A stretch of DNA of 45,058 nt from an uncultured bacterium (GCA_902793555.1 CADBEF010000002.1:1-45058); one strand, 5' to 3'. Positions 1 to 10,855 are shown, counted from the stretch's first letter. Made by a program: numbers and translations. The notes: a model not told the origin generated them from the sequence alone.

Positions 1-2269
1 GCCGCCCGCTCCCGCGGCCTCCGCGGCGCCGCCCCCTCCCGCGCCCGCGCCAGCCGCTCCCGCCGCGCCGCCGTCCGCCAGCGAAGCCGGTCCCGTGTCC
101 GGAACTTCCGTTCCGGGTTCCGGCGACGACGACGAGCCGCCGGCCGAGCCGGGGCCCTTTGCGCCGGCGTCCGGCGGCCCGATGGCGCGCGTGATGGACG
201 ACAACTTCCTGCAGTTCGCCTCCTACGCGATCTGCGACCGCGCGATCCCGACCGTCGAGGACGGCCTCAAGCCCGTCCAGCGCCGCATCCTGCACACGCT
301 CTCCGAGATGGACGACGGCCGCTTCGTGAAGGTCGCCACCGTCGTCGGGCGCACGATGTTCTACCACCCGCACGGCGACCAGTCAATCTACGGCGCGCTC
401 GTGAACCTCGCGAACAAGCGCTACCTCATTGAGGGCCAGGGCAACTTCGGCAACATCTACACGGGCGACCAGGCGGCCGCGCCGCGCTACATCGAGTGCC
501 GCCTCACGGACCTTGCGCGCGAGGAGATCTTCAACAAGAAGACGACCGAGTACATCCCGAGCTACGACGGCCGCAACCAGGAGCCCGTGCTGCTGCCGAG
601 CAAGCTACCGCTGCTGCTCATGCTCGGTGCGAACGGCATCGCCGTCGGAATGGCGACGCTCATCCTCCCGCACAACTTCATCGAGCTTCTCGAGGCGGAG
701 ATCGAGATCATCCGCAACCCGAAGGCGAAGCCCGCACTCGTGCCGGACTTCCCGACGGGCGGCCTCGTCGACTGCTCCGGCTACGAGGACGGCAACGGCA
801 AGATCCGCTGCCGCGCCGTGTTCGAGACGCGCGAGGAGCGCGGGCAGAAGCAGATCGTCGTCACGGAGCTGCCCTACGGGCAGACGACCGAGACGCTCAT
901 CAACTCGATCGAGAACGCCGCGCGCCTGCACAAGGTGCCCGTCAAGTCCATCCACGACGGCACGAGCGACCACGCGGAGATCATCCTCACGCTCCTCCCC
1001 GGCACCGACCCGGCCAAGGCGATCAAGCAGCTCTACGCGGCGACGAACTGCGAGTGCTCGATCACCGCGAACATGACGGTGCTCGAGAACAACCGCCCGG
1101 TCGTCACCACGGTGTTGCACGTCCTCAAGTCCAACGTGGAACAGCTCCTCGCGCTCAACAAGCGGGAGCTCGAGATCCGCGAGGGCGAGCTGCTGGAGGA
1201 GCAGCACCGCAAGACGCTCGTGCAGATCTTCGTCGAGGAGCGCATCTACAAGCGCATCGAGAAGTGCACCACGGGCGAAGCGGTCAAGGCCGAAATCTAC
1301 AAGGGTTTCAAGCCGTTCGCCGACCGGCTCGTGCGCCCGATCACGGACGCGGACGTCGAGATGCTGCTCGGCGTGCCGATCCGGCGCATCTCGCTTTTCG
1401 ACATCAACAAGAACCGCGAGGAGATCGAGGGCATCCTCAAGGAGCTCGACGAGGTGCGCAAGAACCTCGGTTCGCTCAAGCGCTACACGATCCGCTACCT
1501 CGAGAACCTCATCAAGAAGTACCGCTACCACGACGTCCAGGTCGAGGTGACGCCGGAGCCGAAGCCCGAGGCGAAGGGCAAGAAGGGCAAGGCGGCCGCG
1601 GCCAAGCCCGCGAAGGCGCCGAAGAAGAAGTTCAAGACCGTCACGGTCGAGCGCTTCCCGCGCCTCACGAAGGCGGAGACCTTCGACGCGATCGACGTGC
1701 GCGCGGTGACCGCCACGAAGATCTCGCTCTGCTACGACCGCGAGGCCGGGTTCCTCGGCAACGCGCTGCGCGGCGTGGAGCCGCTCTTCGAGTGCTCGTC
1801 GCTGGACAAGATCCTGCTCGTGTGGCCGGACGGCCGGTACAAGGTCATCCCCGCGCCGGAGCGCGAGAAGGCGTTCGTGGACAAGGACGCGATGCTCGTC
1901 GAGGTCTTCGACCGCGAGAAGCTCTACACGTGCGTCTACACGGAGAAGGAGGTGCCGTTCAGCTGCATCAAGCGCTTCGCGTTCGGCGGCACGATCCTCA
2001 ACAAGGAGTACTCGCTGCTGCCCGAGCCCGGGACGGTCCGCCTGCTGCAGGCGGGCACGCCCGCGTTCGTGTGGATGAAGTTCCGCCCGGCCAAGGGCCA
2101 GCGCATCCTGCAGAAGAAGTTCAAGACCGAGGACGAGGTCGCCGTGAAGGGCGTCCGCGCCCGCGGCAAGCAGATCACCACGAAGCCCATCAGCGCCATC
2201 GCGGGCGACGACAAGCCGCCGCGCTTCTGGGACGAGGCGCTCGAAACCGACAAGGCGAGCCTGTTCTAG
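1..2269 (+). CDS. parC: DNA topoisomerase IV subunit A (ParC-type GyrA/ParC family); 5' end probably outside the window or at GTG 95/ATG 182
   Basis: Motifs [22 protein letters not shown] and AAAPRY (catalytic Tyr). No GyrA box seen in the C-terminal domain. Frame is open from position 2 as a Pro/Ala-rich run. Confidence 0.85.
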   Translation, partial: PPAPAASAAPPPPAPAPAAPAAPPSASEAGPVSGTSVPGSGDDDEPPAEPGPFAPASGGPMARVMDDNFLQFASYAICDRAIPTVEDGLKPVQRRILHTLSEMDDGRFVKVATVVGRTMFYHPHGDQSIYGALVNLANKRYLIEGQGNFGNIYTGDQAAAPRYIECRLTDLAREEIFNKKTTEYIPSYDGRNQEPVLLPSKLPLLLMLGANGIAVGMATLILPHNFIELLEAEIEIIRNPKAKPALVPDFPTGGLVDCSGYEDGNGKIRCRAVFETREERGQKQIVVTELPYGQTTETLINSIENAARLHKVPVKSIHDGTSDHAEIILTLLPGTDPAKAIKQLYAATNCECSITANMTVLENNRPVVTTVLHVLKSNVEQLLALNKRELEIREGELLEEQHRKTLVQIFVEERIYKRIEKCTTGEAVKAEIYKGFKPFADRLVRPITDADVEMLLGVPIRRISLFDINKNREEIEGILKELDEVRKNLGSLKRYTIRYLENLIKKYRYHDVQVEVTPEPKPEAKGKKGKAAAAKPAKAPKKKFKTVTVERFPRLTKAETFDAIDVRAVTATKISLCYDREAGFLGNALRGVEPLFECSSLDKILLVWPDGRYKVIPAPEREKAFVDKDAMLVEVFDREKLYTCVYTEKEVPFSCIKRFAFGGTILNKEYSLLPEPGTVRLLQAGTPAFVWMKFRPAKGQRILQKKFKTEDEVAVKGVRARGKQITTKPISAIAGDDKPPRFWDEALETDKASLF

Positions 2270-3138
2270 CCCTGCTCCGCGAGCTGGAGCAGGTAGCGGC
2301 CGTAGTCGTTCTTCGACATGGAGCGGCCGATTTCCACGAGGCGTTCGCGGGAGAGCCAGCCGTAGTTGAACGCGATTTCCTCGAGGCAGGCGATCTTGAG
2401 CCCCTGGCGGTTCTGGATCGTCGCGACGAAATTCGACGCCTCGAGCAGCGAGCCGTAGGTGCCGGTGTCGAGCCACGCGATGCCGCGGCCGAGGAGCGCG
2501 ACCTTGAGCCGCCCCTCGCGCATGTAGGCGAGGTTCAGGTCCGTGATCTCGAGCTCGCCGCGCGGGCTCGGCTTGATCGACTTCGCCTTTTCGACGACGT
2601 CGGCCCCGTAGAAGTACAACCCCGGCACGGCCCAGTTGGACTTGGGCTCCGCCGGCTTCTCCTCGAGCCCCACGACGTTGCGGTCCGCGTCGAACTCCAC
2701 GACGCCGTAGCGTTCCGGATCGCTCACCTGGTAGCCGAAGACGTGCGCTCCGTCTTCGGCCGCGGCGGCCGCGGCGCGGACGGTCCGCTGCAGCCCTTCG
2801 CCGAAGAAGATGTTGTCGCCGAGCACGAGCGCGCATGGCTCGCCCGCGATGAACGTTTCGCCGATCAGGAACGCCTGCGCGAGTCCTTCGGGGCGGGGCT
2901 GCTCCGCGTAGGAGAGGCGCAGGCCGAAGTCCGAGCCGTCGCCGAGGAGCCGCCGGAACGACGGCAGGTCGTCCGGCGTGCTGATGACCAGGATGTCGCG
3001 GATGCCCGCGAACATCAGCACCGAGATCGGGTAGTAGACCATCGGCTTGTCGTAGACGGGGAGCAGCTGCTTGCTCGCCGCGCGCGTGATGGGGTAGAGA
3101 CGGGTGCCGGAGCCGCCGGCGAGAACGATGCCTTTCAT
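2266..3138 (-). CDS. rfbA: Glucose-1-phosphate thymidylyltransferase (RmlA)
   Basis: [46 protein letters not shown]. Start reassigned to ATG 3138. Confidence 0.97.
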   Translation of the reverse strand: MKGIVLAGGSGTRLYPITRAASKQLLPVYDKPMVYYPISVLMFAGIRDILVISTPDDLPSFRRLLGDGSDFGLRLSYAEQPRPEGLAQAFLIGETFIAGEPCALVLGDNIFFGEGLQRTVRAAAAAAEDGAHVFGYQVSDPERYGVVEFDADRNVVGLEEKPAEPKSNWAVPGLYFYGADVVEKAKSIKPSPRGELEITDLNLAYMREGRLKVALLGRGIAWLDTGTYGSLLEASNFVATIQNRQGLKIACLEEIAFNYGWLSRERLVEIGRSMSKNDYGRYLLQLAEQG

Positions 3139-3167
3139 GGTCGGATGTTCCAGATGGTCGGATGGGG

Positions 3168-3419
3168 CTAGAAGTTGCGTTCGTACTCGCCTTTTCCCAG
3201 ACGCGTGAGTTTGGAGAAGCCGGCGGCCTTGGCGCGGTCGTCCAGGCCCGACTGGCTGAAGCCGATCGCGGGCGGCGACGGCACGCGGACAACGGGCGCG
3301 CCGCACCACGGGCAGGTCTCCAGCGCCGGATCGGAGAGGGACTGCCGAAGATCGAAGCCGTCCTTGCACTTTTCGCAGGACGTGGCGGGATCCGGGGCCT
3401 GGTACGCGTAGATCGGCAT
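3168..3419 (-). CDS. FmdB-family zinc-ribbon protein
   Basis: MPIYAY...CEKC...F...Q.....CPWCG pattern; 83 aa; packed between the ABC ATPase gene and rfbA. Confidence 0.8.
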   Translation of the reverse strand: MPIYAYQAPDPATSCEKCKDGFDLRQSLSDPALETCPWCGAPVVRVPSPPAIGFSQSGLDDRAKAAGFSKLTRLGKGEYERNF

Positions 3420-3423
3420 GGCG

Positions 3424-4443
3424 CTACTCCGAAAGGGGGACGACGTCGGACGGGGCGACCCAGGCCTCGGCTGGGCGCGATTCGTCGCGCGCGAGGACTT
3501 CGGGATTGAGCTCGAAGACCTTGAGCTCCGGGACGCCGGGGACGCCCGCGTCGAGCAGGTGCTCCGCGGTTTCGCCGAGGTAGACGGTTCCGTGGACGGT
3601 CCCGCGGAAGCGCAGCGCCGGGACGCCGGCGGGCGGCGCGCCGAGGCGGACCGTCTCGGGGCGGACCGACAGCGCGGCCGCGCCCGGGAAGGACGCCTGC
3701 GCGCCGAAGAAGTCCGGCGGGAGGAAGTTCGTCTCCCCGATGAACGACGCCACGAAGCGGTTCTTCGGCCTGCGGTAGACCTCGAGCGGCGCGCCGACCT
3801 GTTCGAGACGGCCGGCCTGCATGACGGCGAGGCGGTCGGCGATCGAGAGCGCCTCCTTCTGGTCGTGCGTCACGTAGACGGCCGTGAGACCGGCTTCCTT
3901 GCAGATGCGGCGGATCTCGAGGCGCATCTCGAGCCGGAGCTTCGCGTCGAGGTTGGAAAGCGGTTCGTCGAGGAGCAGGCAGCGGGGCTGCACGACGAGC
4001 GCGCGGGCGAGCGCGACGCGCTGCTGCTGGCCGCCGGAGAGCTGGTTCGGCTTGCGCGAGGCCTTGTCTTCCATCTTCACGGCGGCGAGCGCGGCGCGGA
4101 CGCGTTCCGCGGCCTCGGCCTTCGGGACCTTGCGCATCTGCAGGCCGAAGGCGACGTTCTCGGCGATGGTCATGTGCGGCCAGAGCGCGTAGCTCTGGAA
4201 TACCATGCCCGTGTCGCGCTTGTGCGGCGGCAGGCGCGTGACGTCCTCGCCGCCGATGAGGACCGACCCCCCGTCCGGTTCGTAGAAGCCGGCGACGTGG
4301 CGCAGGAGCGTGGTCTTGCCGCAACCCGAAGGGCCGAGAAGGAAGAACAGCTCGCCGGGTTCGATCTGCAGGTCGACATGGTCGAGCGCGGTCGTCGCGC
4401 CGAAGCGCTTGACGAGCCCGCGGATCTGGATGGAAACGGCCAT
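3424..4443 (-). CDS. ABC transporter ATP-binding protein (PotA/FbpC/MalK-like)
   Basis: Walker A GPSGCGKTT, signature LSGGQQQR, Walker B LLLDEP, H-loop YVTHDQ. AAAGGA SD lies upstream of ATG 4443. Confidence 0.93.
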   Translation of the reverse strand: MAVSIQIRGLVKRFGATTALDHVDLQIEPGELFFLLGPSGCGKTTLLRHVAGFYEPDGGSVLIGGEDVTRLPPHKRDTGMVFQSYALWPHMTIAENVAFGLQMRKVPKAEAAERVRAALAAVKMEDKASRKPNQLSGGQQQRVALARALVVQPRCLLLDEPLSNLDAKLRLEMRLEIRRICKEAGLTAVYVTHDQKEALSIADRLAVMQAGRLEQVGAPLEVYRRPKNRFVASFIGETNFLPPDFFGAQASFPGAAALSVRPETVRLGAPPAGVPALRFRGTVHGTVYLGETAEHLLDAGVPGVPELKVFELNPEVLARDESRPAEAWVAPSDVVPLSE

Positions 4444-4527
4444 GGATGTTGTCCTTTCGATGGCGGCCATTATACACGCGCGCCGACCGCGCTTCCAGCG
4501 AAAAAGAAACCGGTGCGGGGCGGAGCG

Positions 4528-5031
4528 TCAGGCGGGCCGGGGGAGGTGGTTGCGGACGAGGCGCTCGAGGCCCTCCGTGTAGCTCGCGAGGCCGAGGCCG
4601 GCCACCTGGTCGACGCACGCCGGGCGGATCACGGAGACGCGGCGGAAGGGCTCGCGCTTGCGGATGTCCGAGATGTGGACCTCGACGGCGGGCAGGCCGC
4701 AGAGCTCGAGCGCGTCGAGGATCGCGTAGCTGTAGTGCGTGTAGGCGCCGGCGTTGATGACGATGCCGGCGGCCCAGTCCATCGCGTCGTGGATCGCGTG
4801 GCAGATTTCGCCCTCGCAGCCGCTCTGGAAGAAGCGGGCCTCCACGCCGAGCTCGCGCGCTTTCGCGGCGAACGCCTTCTCGACGTCCGCGAGCGTGAAC
4901 GTCCCGTAGTGCTTCGGGTCGCGCCGGCCCAGCATGTCGAGATTCGGGCCGTTCACGAGCAGGACGGCGGGCTTCTTGCGGCGGGCGGGCTTGCGGACGC
5001 GCGCGGCGGAGGGCGGTGCTGGCTTCTTCAT
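4528..5031 (-). CDS. aroQ: Type II 3-dehydroquinate dehydratase
   Basis: NGPNLDMLGRRDPKHYG, INAGAYTHYS, EVHISDI..RE.FR. Basic N-terminal extension. Confidence 0.95.
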   Translation of the reverse strand: MKKPAPPSAARVRKPARRKKPAVLLVNGPNLDMLGRRDPKHYGTFTLADVEKAFAAKARELGVEARFFQSGCEGEICHAIHDAMDWAAGIVINAGAYTHYSYAILDALELCGLPAVEVHISDIRKREPFRRVSVIRPACVDQVAGLGLASYTEGLERLVRNHLPRPA

Positions 5032-5035
5032 GGGA

Positions 5036-5111
5036 TGGTGGGACAAGCGGGGATCGAACCCGCGACCCACGCATTAAAAGTGCGTTGCTCTACCGACTGA
5101 GCTATTGTCCC
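5036..5111 (-). tRNA. tRNA-Lys (anticodon UUU), 76 nt with encoded CCA
   Basis: Reverse complement GGGACAATAGCTCAGTCGGTAGAGCAACGCACTTTTAATGCGTGGGTCGCGGGTTCGATCCCCGCTTGTCCCACCA. Acceptor stem, D arm, anticodon stem ACGCA/TGCGT with loop CTTTTAA and GTTCGA T-loop are all present. Confidence 0.97.
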
Positions 5112-5135
5112 GTTCCGGGGGTGCGGACGCGGGGG

Positions 5136-5164
5136 AAGCTAGCATTTCGGGGGCGCGAAGTCAA
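5136..5164 (-). promoter_or_regulatory. Sigma70-type promoter for tRNA-Lys/aroQ
   Basis: TTGACT-17 nt-TAGCTT with extended TGn on the minus strand. Confidence 0.75.
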
Positions 5165-5170
5165 GACGGG

Positions 5171-6652
5171 CTAGATCCCGGCGGCGCGCCGCTTGGCGGC
5201 GAGCCAACGCGGGAACGCGTCGTCCCACGCGAACGGGTCGGCGGGCGTCCAGCGCGTCATTTCGATCGAGTCGCGGACGAGCGCGCGGCCCTGTTCGAAG
5301 TCCGCCAGCGCGCCGAGTCCGACGAGCTGCGCGACCGCGTTGCCCATCGAGGCGCCCTCGACGGGACCGCACGCGATGTCCGCGTTGAGCGCGTCCGCCG
5401 TCATGCGGCAGTGCATGCCGTCGCGCGTCGCGCCGCCGATCATGTGCAGCACGGAACGCGGGCGGCCCGTGAGGCGCGCCAGCTCGTTCCACACCTCGCG
5501 GTAGCGCATGACGATGCCCTCCATCGCGGCGCGGTAGAACTGCCCGCGCGTCTCGGGGATCGGCTGGCCGGTGAGGCGGCAGAATTCGACGATCTTCTCC
5601 GGCATGCGGCCCGGCATCGCGAATTGCGGGTAGTCCGGGTCGAGCAGCGAGCGGAACGGCTGCGCGGCCTCGGCTTCGTGCATGAGGTCGTCCCACGCGG
5701 GCTTCGAGCCGTCCGGCGCGGTCCACGCCTCGCGCAGCTGCTGGACCATCCACATGCCCGTGCAGTTCTTGAGGAAGCGGAACTTTCCGTTCACGGCGCC
5801 TTCGTGCGTGTAGGCCAGCTCGTAGGTCTCGTCGTTCACGAGGGCCTTCTCGTTCTCGACGCCGAGCAGCGCCCACGTGCCCGTCGCCAGGTAGCCCCAG
5901 CTCGTGGCGGGGTCCGCGGGGACGGACGCGACGGCGCTCGCGGTGTCGTGCGAACCGACTGCGACGAGCGGGACGCCCTCGAGGCCGGGCACGCCGCGCA
6001 CGGTCCCGAGGACGGTGCCGGGGCGGACGGGCTCCGAGAAGAGCGTGCGCGCGACGCCGATCTTGTCGAGCAGCGGGCCGCTCCAGGAGCGCGTCTCCAG
6101 GTCGATCAGGCCGGAGGTCGAGGCGATCGTCGCCTCGTTCGCCTTTTCGCCGCAGAGCGCGTAGTTCACGAGGTCGGGCATGAAGAGCAGCCGGTCCGCC
6201 AGGTCCAGCAGCGACGCGGGCTCCATGCGCTCGGCGTGCAGCTGGAAGATCGTGTTGAAGTCCATGAACTGCGTGCCGGTCGTGTTGTAGAGCGACTGCT
6301 TGCCGACGAGGTCGAACACCTCGCGCGTGTTCACGGGCGTGTTGCGGCCGTCCCGGTAGATGTAGGGCAGGCCGAGGAGGCGGCCCGTCTTGTCCAGCAG
6401 GCCGTAGTCGACGCCCCACGTGTCCACGCCCACGGAGGCGATCTTCCCGTACTTGGCGGCTCCCGCGCGGAGTCCTGCGCGGATGTCGGCGAGCAGGCCG
6501 GGGAGGTTCCAGAAGAGGTGGCCGCCGAACTCGACCGGCACGTTGTCGAACCGGTTGACGACCTCCATGGAGAGTTTGGAACCGTCGAAGACGGCGGCGA
6601 TGACGCGGCCGCTGCCGGCGCCGAGGTCGATTGCGAGATGGATGCTGCTCAT
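5171..6652 (-). CDS. rhaB: Rhamnulokinase (FGGY family)
   Basis: LAIDLGAGSGR, GVDTWGVDY, YRD, SHDTASAV, GTWALLG, LKNCTGMW. Start reassigned to ATG 6652. Confidence 0.88.
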   Translation of the reverse strand: MSSIHLAIDLGAGSGRVIAAVFDGSKLSMEVVNRFDNVPVEFGGHLFWNLPGLLADIRAGLRAGAAKYGKIASVGVDTWGVDYGLLDKTGRLLGLPYIYRDGRNTPVNTREVFDLVGKQSLYNTTGTQFMDFNTIFQLHAERMEPASLLDLADRLLFMPDLVNYALCGEKANEATIASTSGLIDLETRSWSGPLLDKIGVARTLFSEPVRPGTVLGTVRGVPGLEGVPLVAVGSHDTASAVASVPADPATSWGYLATGTWALLGVENEKALVNDETYELAYTHEGAVNGKFRFLKNCTGMWMVQQLREAWTAPDGSKPAWDDLMHEAEAAQPFRSLLDPDYPQFAMPGRMPEKIVEFCRLTGQPIPETRGQFYRAAMEGIVMRYREVWNELARLTGRPRSVLHMIGGATRDGMHCRMTADALNADIACGPVEGASMGNAVAQLVGLGALADFEQGRALVRDSIEMTRWTPADPFAWDDAFPRWLAAKRRAAGI

Positions 6653-6692
6653 GGTCGAAGGGTCTGGTGGTCTGGTGGTCGGAGGGTCGGGC
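6653..6692. repeat. Degenerate 8-bp tandem array (GGTCNGNN x5) abutting the rhaB start codon
   Basis: GGTCGAAG GGTCTGGT GGTCTGGT GGTCGGAG GGTCGGGC. Confidence 0.85.
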
Positions 6693-6716
6693 GGCCCGGC
6701 CGTGTTCGGGGTGGGC

Positions 6717-6745
6717 ATACTACCACAGCGGAGGGCGCCGGACAA
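6717..6745 (-). promoter_or_regulatory. Sigma70-type promoter for rhaB
   Basis: TTGTCC-17 nt-TAGTAT with extended TGg. Confidence 0.65.
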
Positions 6746-6752
6746 GCCCGGA

Positions 6753-8789
6753 TCAGCCGCGGGAGCGGGCGGCGGCCGCGCGGCGGCGGCCGCGGGGCGG
6801 CTTCGCCGGGGCGGGGGCGGCGCCGCCGGCGCGGAGCTTCGCGATCTGGTCGCGCAACCAGGCGGCGCGCTCGAACTCGAGCGCGTTCGAGGCCTCGAGC
6901 ATCTCCGCCTTGAGCCGCTCGATCGCGGCGGCGGCGTCCGTCGGGAACGCGGCCGCCTCGATCGCGGCGTCCGGGTCGCCGGCGACGGAGCGCACGGCGC
7001 TGTCTTCCGAGAGCGTGCGCTTCACGGAGCGCGGGACGATGCCGTGCTCCGCGTTGAACGCCTGCTGGATCCCGCGGCGGCGCTCGGTCACGCGGATCAT
7101 CTCCTTCATGGAGTCCGTGAGCTGGTCGGCGTAGAGGATCACGCGGCCGCGCTCGTGCCGCGCGGTGCGGCCGGCGGTCTGTACGAGCGACGTCGTGGAG
7201 CGCAGGAAGCCCTCCTTGTCGGCGTCCAGCACGGCGACGAGCGCGACCTCCGGGAGGTCCAGGCCCTCGCGCAGCAGGTTGATGCCGACGAGGGCGTCGA
7301 ACTCGCCCTTGCGCAGGCGCGTGAGGATCGCGATGCGCTCGAGCGCGTCGACGTCCGAGTGGAGGTATTCCACGCGGAGGCCGGATTCGCGCAGGTAGGT
7401 GGAGAGGTCCTCGGCGGTGCGCTTGGTGAGCGTGGTGACGAGCACCCGGTCCTTGCGCTCCGCGGCGGCGCGGATCTCCTCCATGACGTCGTCGATCTGC
7501 CCCGCGAGCGGGCGGACCTCGACGGGCGGGTCCAGGAGGCCCGTCGGTCGCACGACCTGCTCGACGATCGCCGCGGCGTGCTCGCGCTCGTAGGGGCCGG
7601 GCGTGGCGGAGGCGAAGAGCACCTGCCCGATCTTGCCCTCGAACTCCTCGAACGAGAGCGGGCGGTTGTCGCGCGCGGAGGGGAGCCGGAAGCCGTTGTC
7701 GACGAGGATCGTCTTGCGCGCGCGGTCGCCGTGGTACATCGCCTGCAGCTGCGGGATCGTGGCGTGCGACTCGTCGATGATCGTGAGGAACGGCTGGGGG
7801 AAGTAGTCCACGAGGCATTCGCCCGGCGTGCCGAGCGGGCGGCCGGAGAGCGGGCCGGAGTAGTTCTCGATGCCGGAACAGTAGCCGACTTCGCGGATCA
7901 TCGCCAGGTCGTATTCCGTGCGCTGTTGCAGGCGTTGCGCCTCGAGCGGCTTGCCGTTCGCCTCGAACCACGCGACCCGCTCCTTGAGCTCGGCGCGGAT
8001 GCGGTCCATCCCGGCGTCGACCTTCTCCTGCGGGAGCACGTAGTTGCGCGCGGGGGCGACGATCGTCCGGTCGAGCCGGCGCAACGTGCGGCCGGAGGCC
8101 GGGTCGAACTCGGAGAGCGAGTCCACCTCGTCGCCGAAGAGCCCGATGCGGTAGGCGACCTTCGCGTTCCAGGCGGGGAAGACGTCGACCGTGTCGCCGC
8201 GGACGCGGAACGTGCCGGGCGCGGGCTCGTAGTCGTTGCGTTCGTAGCGGATCTCGACGAGCCGCGCGAGCATCGCGTCGCGGTCGATCTCCTGGCCGAC
8301 GGCGAGGTGGAGCGTCATGCCCGCGTAGTCGTCCGACGAGCCGATGCCGTAGATGCACGAGACGGACGCGACGACGACGACATCCTTGCGCTGCACGAGC
8401 GCGTTCGCGGCGGAGAGCCGGAAGCGCTCGATCTCGTCGTTGATCGCGGAGTCCTTCGCGATGTAGGTGTCGGTCTGCGGGATGTAGGCCTCGGGCTGGT
8501 AGTAGTCGTAGTAGCTGACGAAGTACTCGACCGCGTTGTCGGGGAAGAACGCCTTGAGCTCGCCGTAGAGCTGCGCGGCGAGCGTCTTGTTGTGCGAAAT
8601 GACGAGCGTCGGCATCCCGAGGTCGCGGATGACGTTCGCCATCGTGAACGTCTTGCCCGAGCCCGTGACGCCCTCCAGCACCTGCGCCTTCGCGCCGGCG
8701 CGGAAACCGTCGACGAGCCGTGCGATCGCGGCCGGCTGGTCGCCGGCGGGCGCGTAGGGGGAAACGAGGCGGAAGGGGGATCCGGTCAT
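6753..8789 (-). CDS. uvrB: Excinuclease ABC subunit B
   Basis: PAGDQP, GVTGSGKTFT, HNKTLAAQL, YYDYYQPEAY, DESH, GINLLREGLD and a C-terminal UVR domain. ATG 8789 overlaps the upstream stop (ATGA). Confidence 0.97.
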   Translation of the reverse strand: MTGSPFRLVSPYAPAGDQPAAIARLVDGFRAGAKAQVLEGVTGSGKTFTMANVIRDLGMPTLVISHNKTLAAQLYGELKAFFPDNAVEYFVSYYDYYQPEAYIPQTDTYIAKDSAINDEIERFRLSAANALVQRKDVVVVASVSCIYGIGSSDDYAGMTLHLAVGQEIDRDAMLARLVEIRYERNDYEPAPGTFRVRGDTVDVFPAWNAKVAYRIGLFGDEVDSLSEFDPASGRTLRRLDRTIVAPARNYVLPQEKVDAGMDRIRAELKERVAWFEANGKPLEAQRLQQRTEYDLAMIREVGYCSGIENYSGPLSGRPLGTPGECLVDYFPQPFLTIIDESHATIPQLQAMYHGDRARKTILVDNGFRLPSARDNRPLSFEEFEGKIGQVLFASATPGPYEREHAAAIVEQVVRPTGLLDPPVEVRPLAGQIDDVMEEIRAAAERKDRVLVTTLTKRTAEDLSTYLRESGLRVEYLHSDVDALERIAILTRLRKGEFDALVGINLLREGLDLPEVALVAVLDADKEGFLRSTTSLVQTAGRTARHERGRVILYADQLTDSMKEMIRVTERRRGIQQAFNAEHGIVPRSVKRTLSEDSAVRSVAGDPDAAIEAAAFPTDAAAAIERLKAEMLEASNALEFERAAWLRDQIAKLRAGGAAPAPAKPPRGRRRAAAARSRG

Positions 8790-10144
8790 TCCGTTTCGCC
8801 GTCCTCCGCGGCGGCGGCGAGAAGGGCGCGGGCCTCGCGGAGGAGCGGGATTGCGACGCCGAGGGACGGGTTCGGTTTGGCCGCCTCGTCGAAGAACGCC
8901 GCAAAGCGGTCGCACGCGGCGCGGAAGGCGTCGCCGCGGCCGAAGGCGCGGCGCAGGACGTCTGCCTTGAGCGCGCGCGCGGCGGCGGGGGCCCATTCGC
9001 GGGCGTCGGGCTCGAGGAGGCTCTCGAGAGGCATCGGAGGATCCGAAACCTCGCCGGGGACTCCGTCGCGACCGGGAAAGACCTGCATCGCGGCGGACGT
9101 GCGTTCGACGAGCGAACCGGTGGTGTCGCCGGGGGAAAGGATGCGGGAGGCGCGGCGGTCCATCCAGGCGGAGAAATCGGCGTCGGCCGCGAACGCGTCG
9201 GCCTTTCGGAGGCTCGTGGCGAGGAAGAGTTCCGGAGTCCACGGGCGGCCGTCCGCGAGCGCGCGGCAGAGCTCGCCGAAGCGCCGGGGCGCGTCGGGAA
9301 AGGAGAGCCAGAATTCGACAAGCTGCACGGCGAGGGCGGGATCGGCGGAGGTCGCGGGCGCGTCCGCGGCGAGAATGGCGGGCAGCGGCGGGACCCGGCC
9401 GGCGAACAGGGCGTCGCGCACGCGGTCGAAGTCCTCCTGGCGCGTGGCGGGGTCGAGCGAGCGGGCGAGGCCGGCTGCGAACCACGCGGGGAAGGGCGTC
9501 GGTCCGGGGGCGGCCGGGCGGCCGGCGTCGACGGCGGCCCAGGCGGGCGTGAGGACCTTCAGGTCGATCCAGCCTCGGACGATCCGCTCGGCCAGGACGT
9601 GGGGGTCGAGGCCGTTCGCCGGGTTCGTGACCGTCACGACGAGCGGAATCTGCCAGCTGCGGTCCTGCCGGTGCGGGTCGAGATCCGCCACGACCCGCGC
9701 GGGGGCGTTCGTGCCCGCCTCGTCGGCGACGCAGCGGATCATGAGGCGGCAGTCGTCCGTCCGGAAAGAGGCGTGGCGCGCCTCGTCCGGCGTCGCGCCG
9801 CGGACGCCGAGCTTCGCTTCGAGCGCGTCGCGCAGGTCGGTCGCGAAATCGAGCAGCACGGCGCGGTCCGCGGGTCCGAGGTCCGGCGCGAAGATCCGGA
9901 CGCCTCCGTCGGCCGAGCGCTGGATGACGTTCGTCCCGATGCCCATGGCGAGACGGGCGACCCGCTCGAGCTCTTCCGGGTCGACGGCCGCGGATGCGCC
10001 GACTTCGCCGGACGGCGGGGGCGGGACGCGGACGCCGTCCACTTCGATGTACGGTTCCCGCGCGGGCGCCGCTTCTTCCTGCGCGCCGGCGGCGAGCGCG
10101 GCGCACGCGAGCAGTGCGGCGAGCGGGGCGGCGCGGCGCGTCAT
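8786..10144 (-). CDS. Hypothetical exported protein (452 aa)
   Basis: Signal peptide MTRRAAPLAALLACAALAAGA. ATGA-coupled to the TetR gene and to uvrB. Confidence 0.75.
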   Translation of the reverse strand: MTRRAAPLAALLACAALAAGAQEEAAPAREPYIEVDGVRVPPPPSGEVGASAAVDPEELERVARLAMGIGTNVIQRSADGGVRIFAPDLGPADRAVLLDFATDLRDALEAKLGVRGATPDEARHASFRTDDCRLMIRCVADEAGTNAPARVVADLDPHRQDRSWQIPLVVTVTNPANGLDPHVLAERIVRGWIDLKVLTPAWAAVDAGRPAAPGPTPFPAWFAAGLARSLDPATRQEDFDRVRDALFAGRVPPLPAILAADAPATSADPALAVQLVEFWLSFPDAPRRFGELCRALADGRPWTPELFLATSLRKADAFAADADFSAWMDRRASRILSPGDTTGSLVERTSAAMQVFPGRDGVPGEVSDPPMPLESLLEPDAREWAPAAARALKADVLRRAFGRGDAFRAACDRFAAFFDEAAKPNPSLGVAIPLLREARALLAAAAEDGETE

Positions 10145-10848
10145 TTCGCCGGTCCTCCGGCGCCCTTGGCGGCGAGGGCCGGCGGCAACGGGCGGATGGC
10201 GCGGATGCCGCCGATGACGAAGGCGCAGATTTCGCGGGCGAACTGCTCCGCCTCGCGCGGGCTCGGGCGGTCCGTCCCGAAGAGCGCCTTGCGCGTGGGG
10301 TGGCTGATCGCGAGCGCGGTGAACTGCGCGTGGATGGCGAAGAGGCAGCAGCCGATCTGGTAGTCGGTGACCCCGGGGCCGACCATGCGGCGCAGACGCG
10401 CCTCCAGCTCCGCGCGGCGCGGGGCGACGTGGGTGGAGAGGAGCTCGGCGGAGATCGGAGACGGATCCGCGAGCTCGCACGCCATGAGGCGGCTCAGCGT
10501 GCCGGACGAGCCCGTGTCGAACACGGACAGCACGCAGGCGTGGACGTATTTGTAGAGCCACGTCCGGTCGGGATCGGAGGACAGGCGCCCGCTCCCGGAC
10601 TCTTCGCGGACGGCGCGTTCCAGCGCCCAGTCCCAGACGGCGCGGTAGAGCTCCTTCTTGCCGCCGAAGTGGTAGTTCACGGCCGCGATGTTCGCGTGGG
10701 CGAGGCGGCAGACGTCCTGCGTCCGCGTCTCGCGGTATCCGTGCGCGGCGAACAGCGCGCCGGCCGCGCGGAGCAACAGCTCGCGCGTGTCGCCGCGGGG
10801 CCTCTTGCGCTCCGGGGCGCGGCGGTTCGCCGGACGGACGGTTTTCAT
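10141..10848 (-). CDS. TetR-family regulator (CecR/YbiH-like)
   Basis: TRELLLRAAGALFAAHGY...VNYHFGGKKELY HTH. Start put at 10848 because TAGAAT lies 7 nt upstream; the ORF track gives 10857. Confidence 0.9.
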   Translation of the reverse strand: MKTVRPANRRAPERKRPRGDTRELLLRAAGALFAAHGYRETRTQDVCRLAHANIAAVNYHFGGKKELYRAVWDWALERAVREESGSGRLSSDPDRTWLYKYVHACVLSVFDTGSSGTLSRLMACELADPSPISAELLSTHVAPRRAELEARLRRMVGPGVTDYQIGCCLFAIHAQFTALAISHPTRKALFGTDRPSPREAEQFAREICAFVIGGIRAIRPLPPALAAKGAGGPAK

Positions 10849-10855
10849 GCGCTCC

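Noticed and set aside
5036-5111. tRNA-Lys as an island attachment site
   Set aside because: No duplicated tRNA 3' end seen, and the flanking genes are housekeeping.
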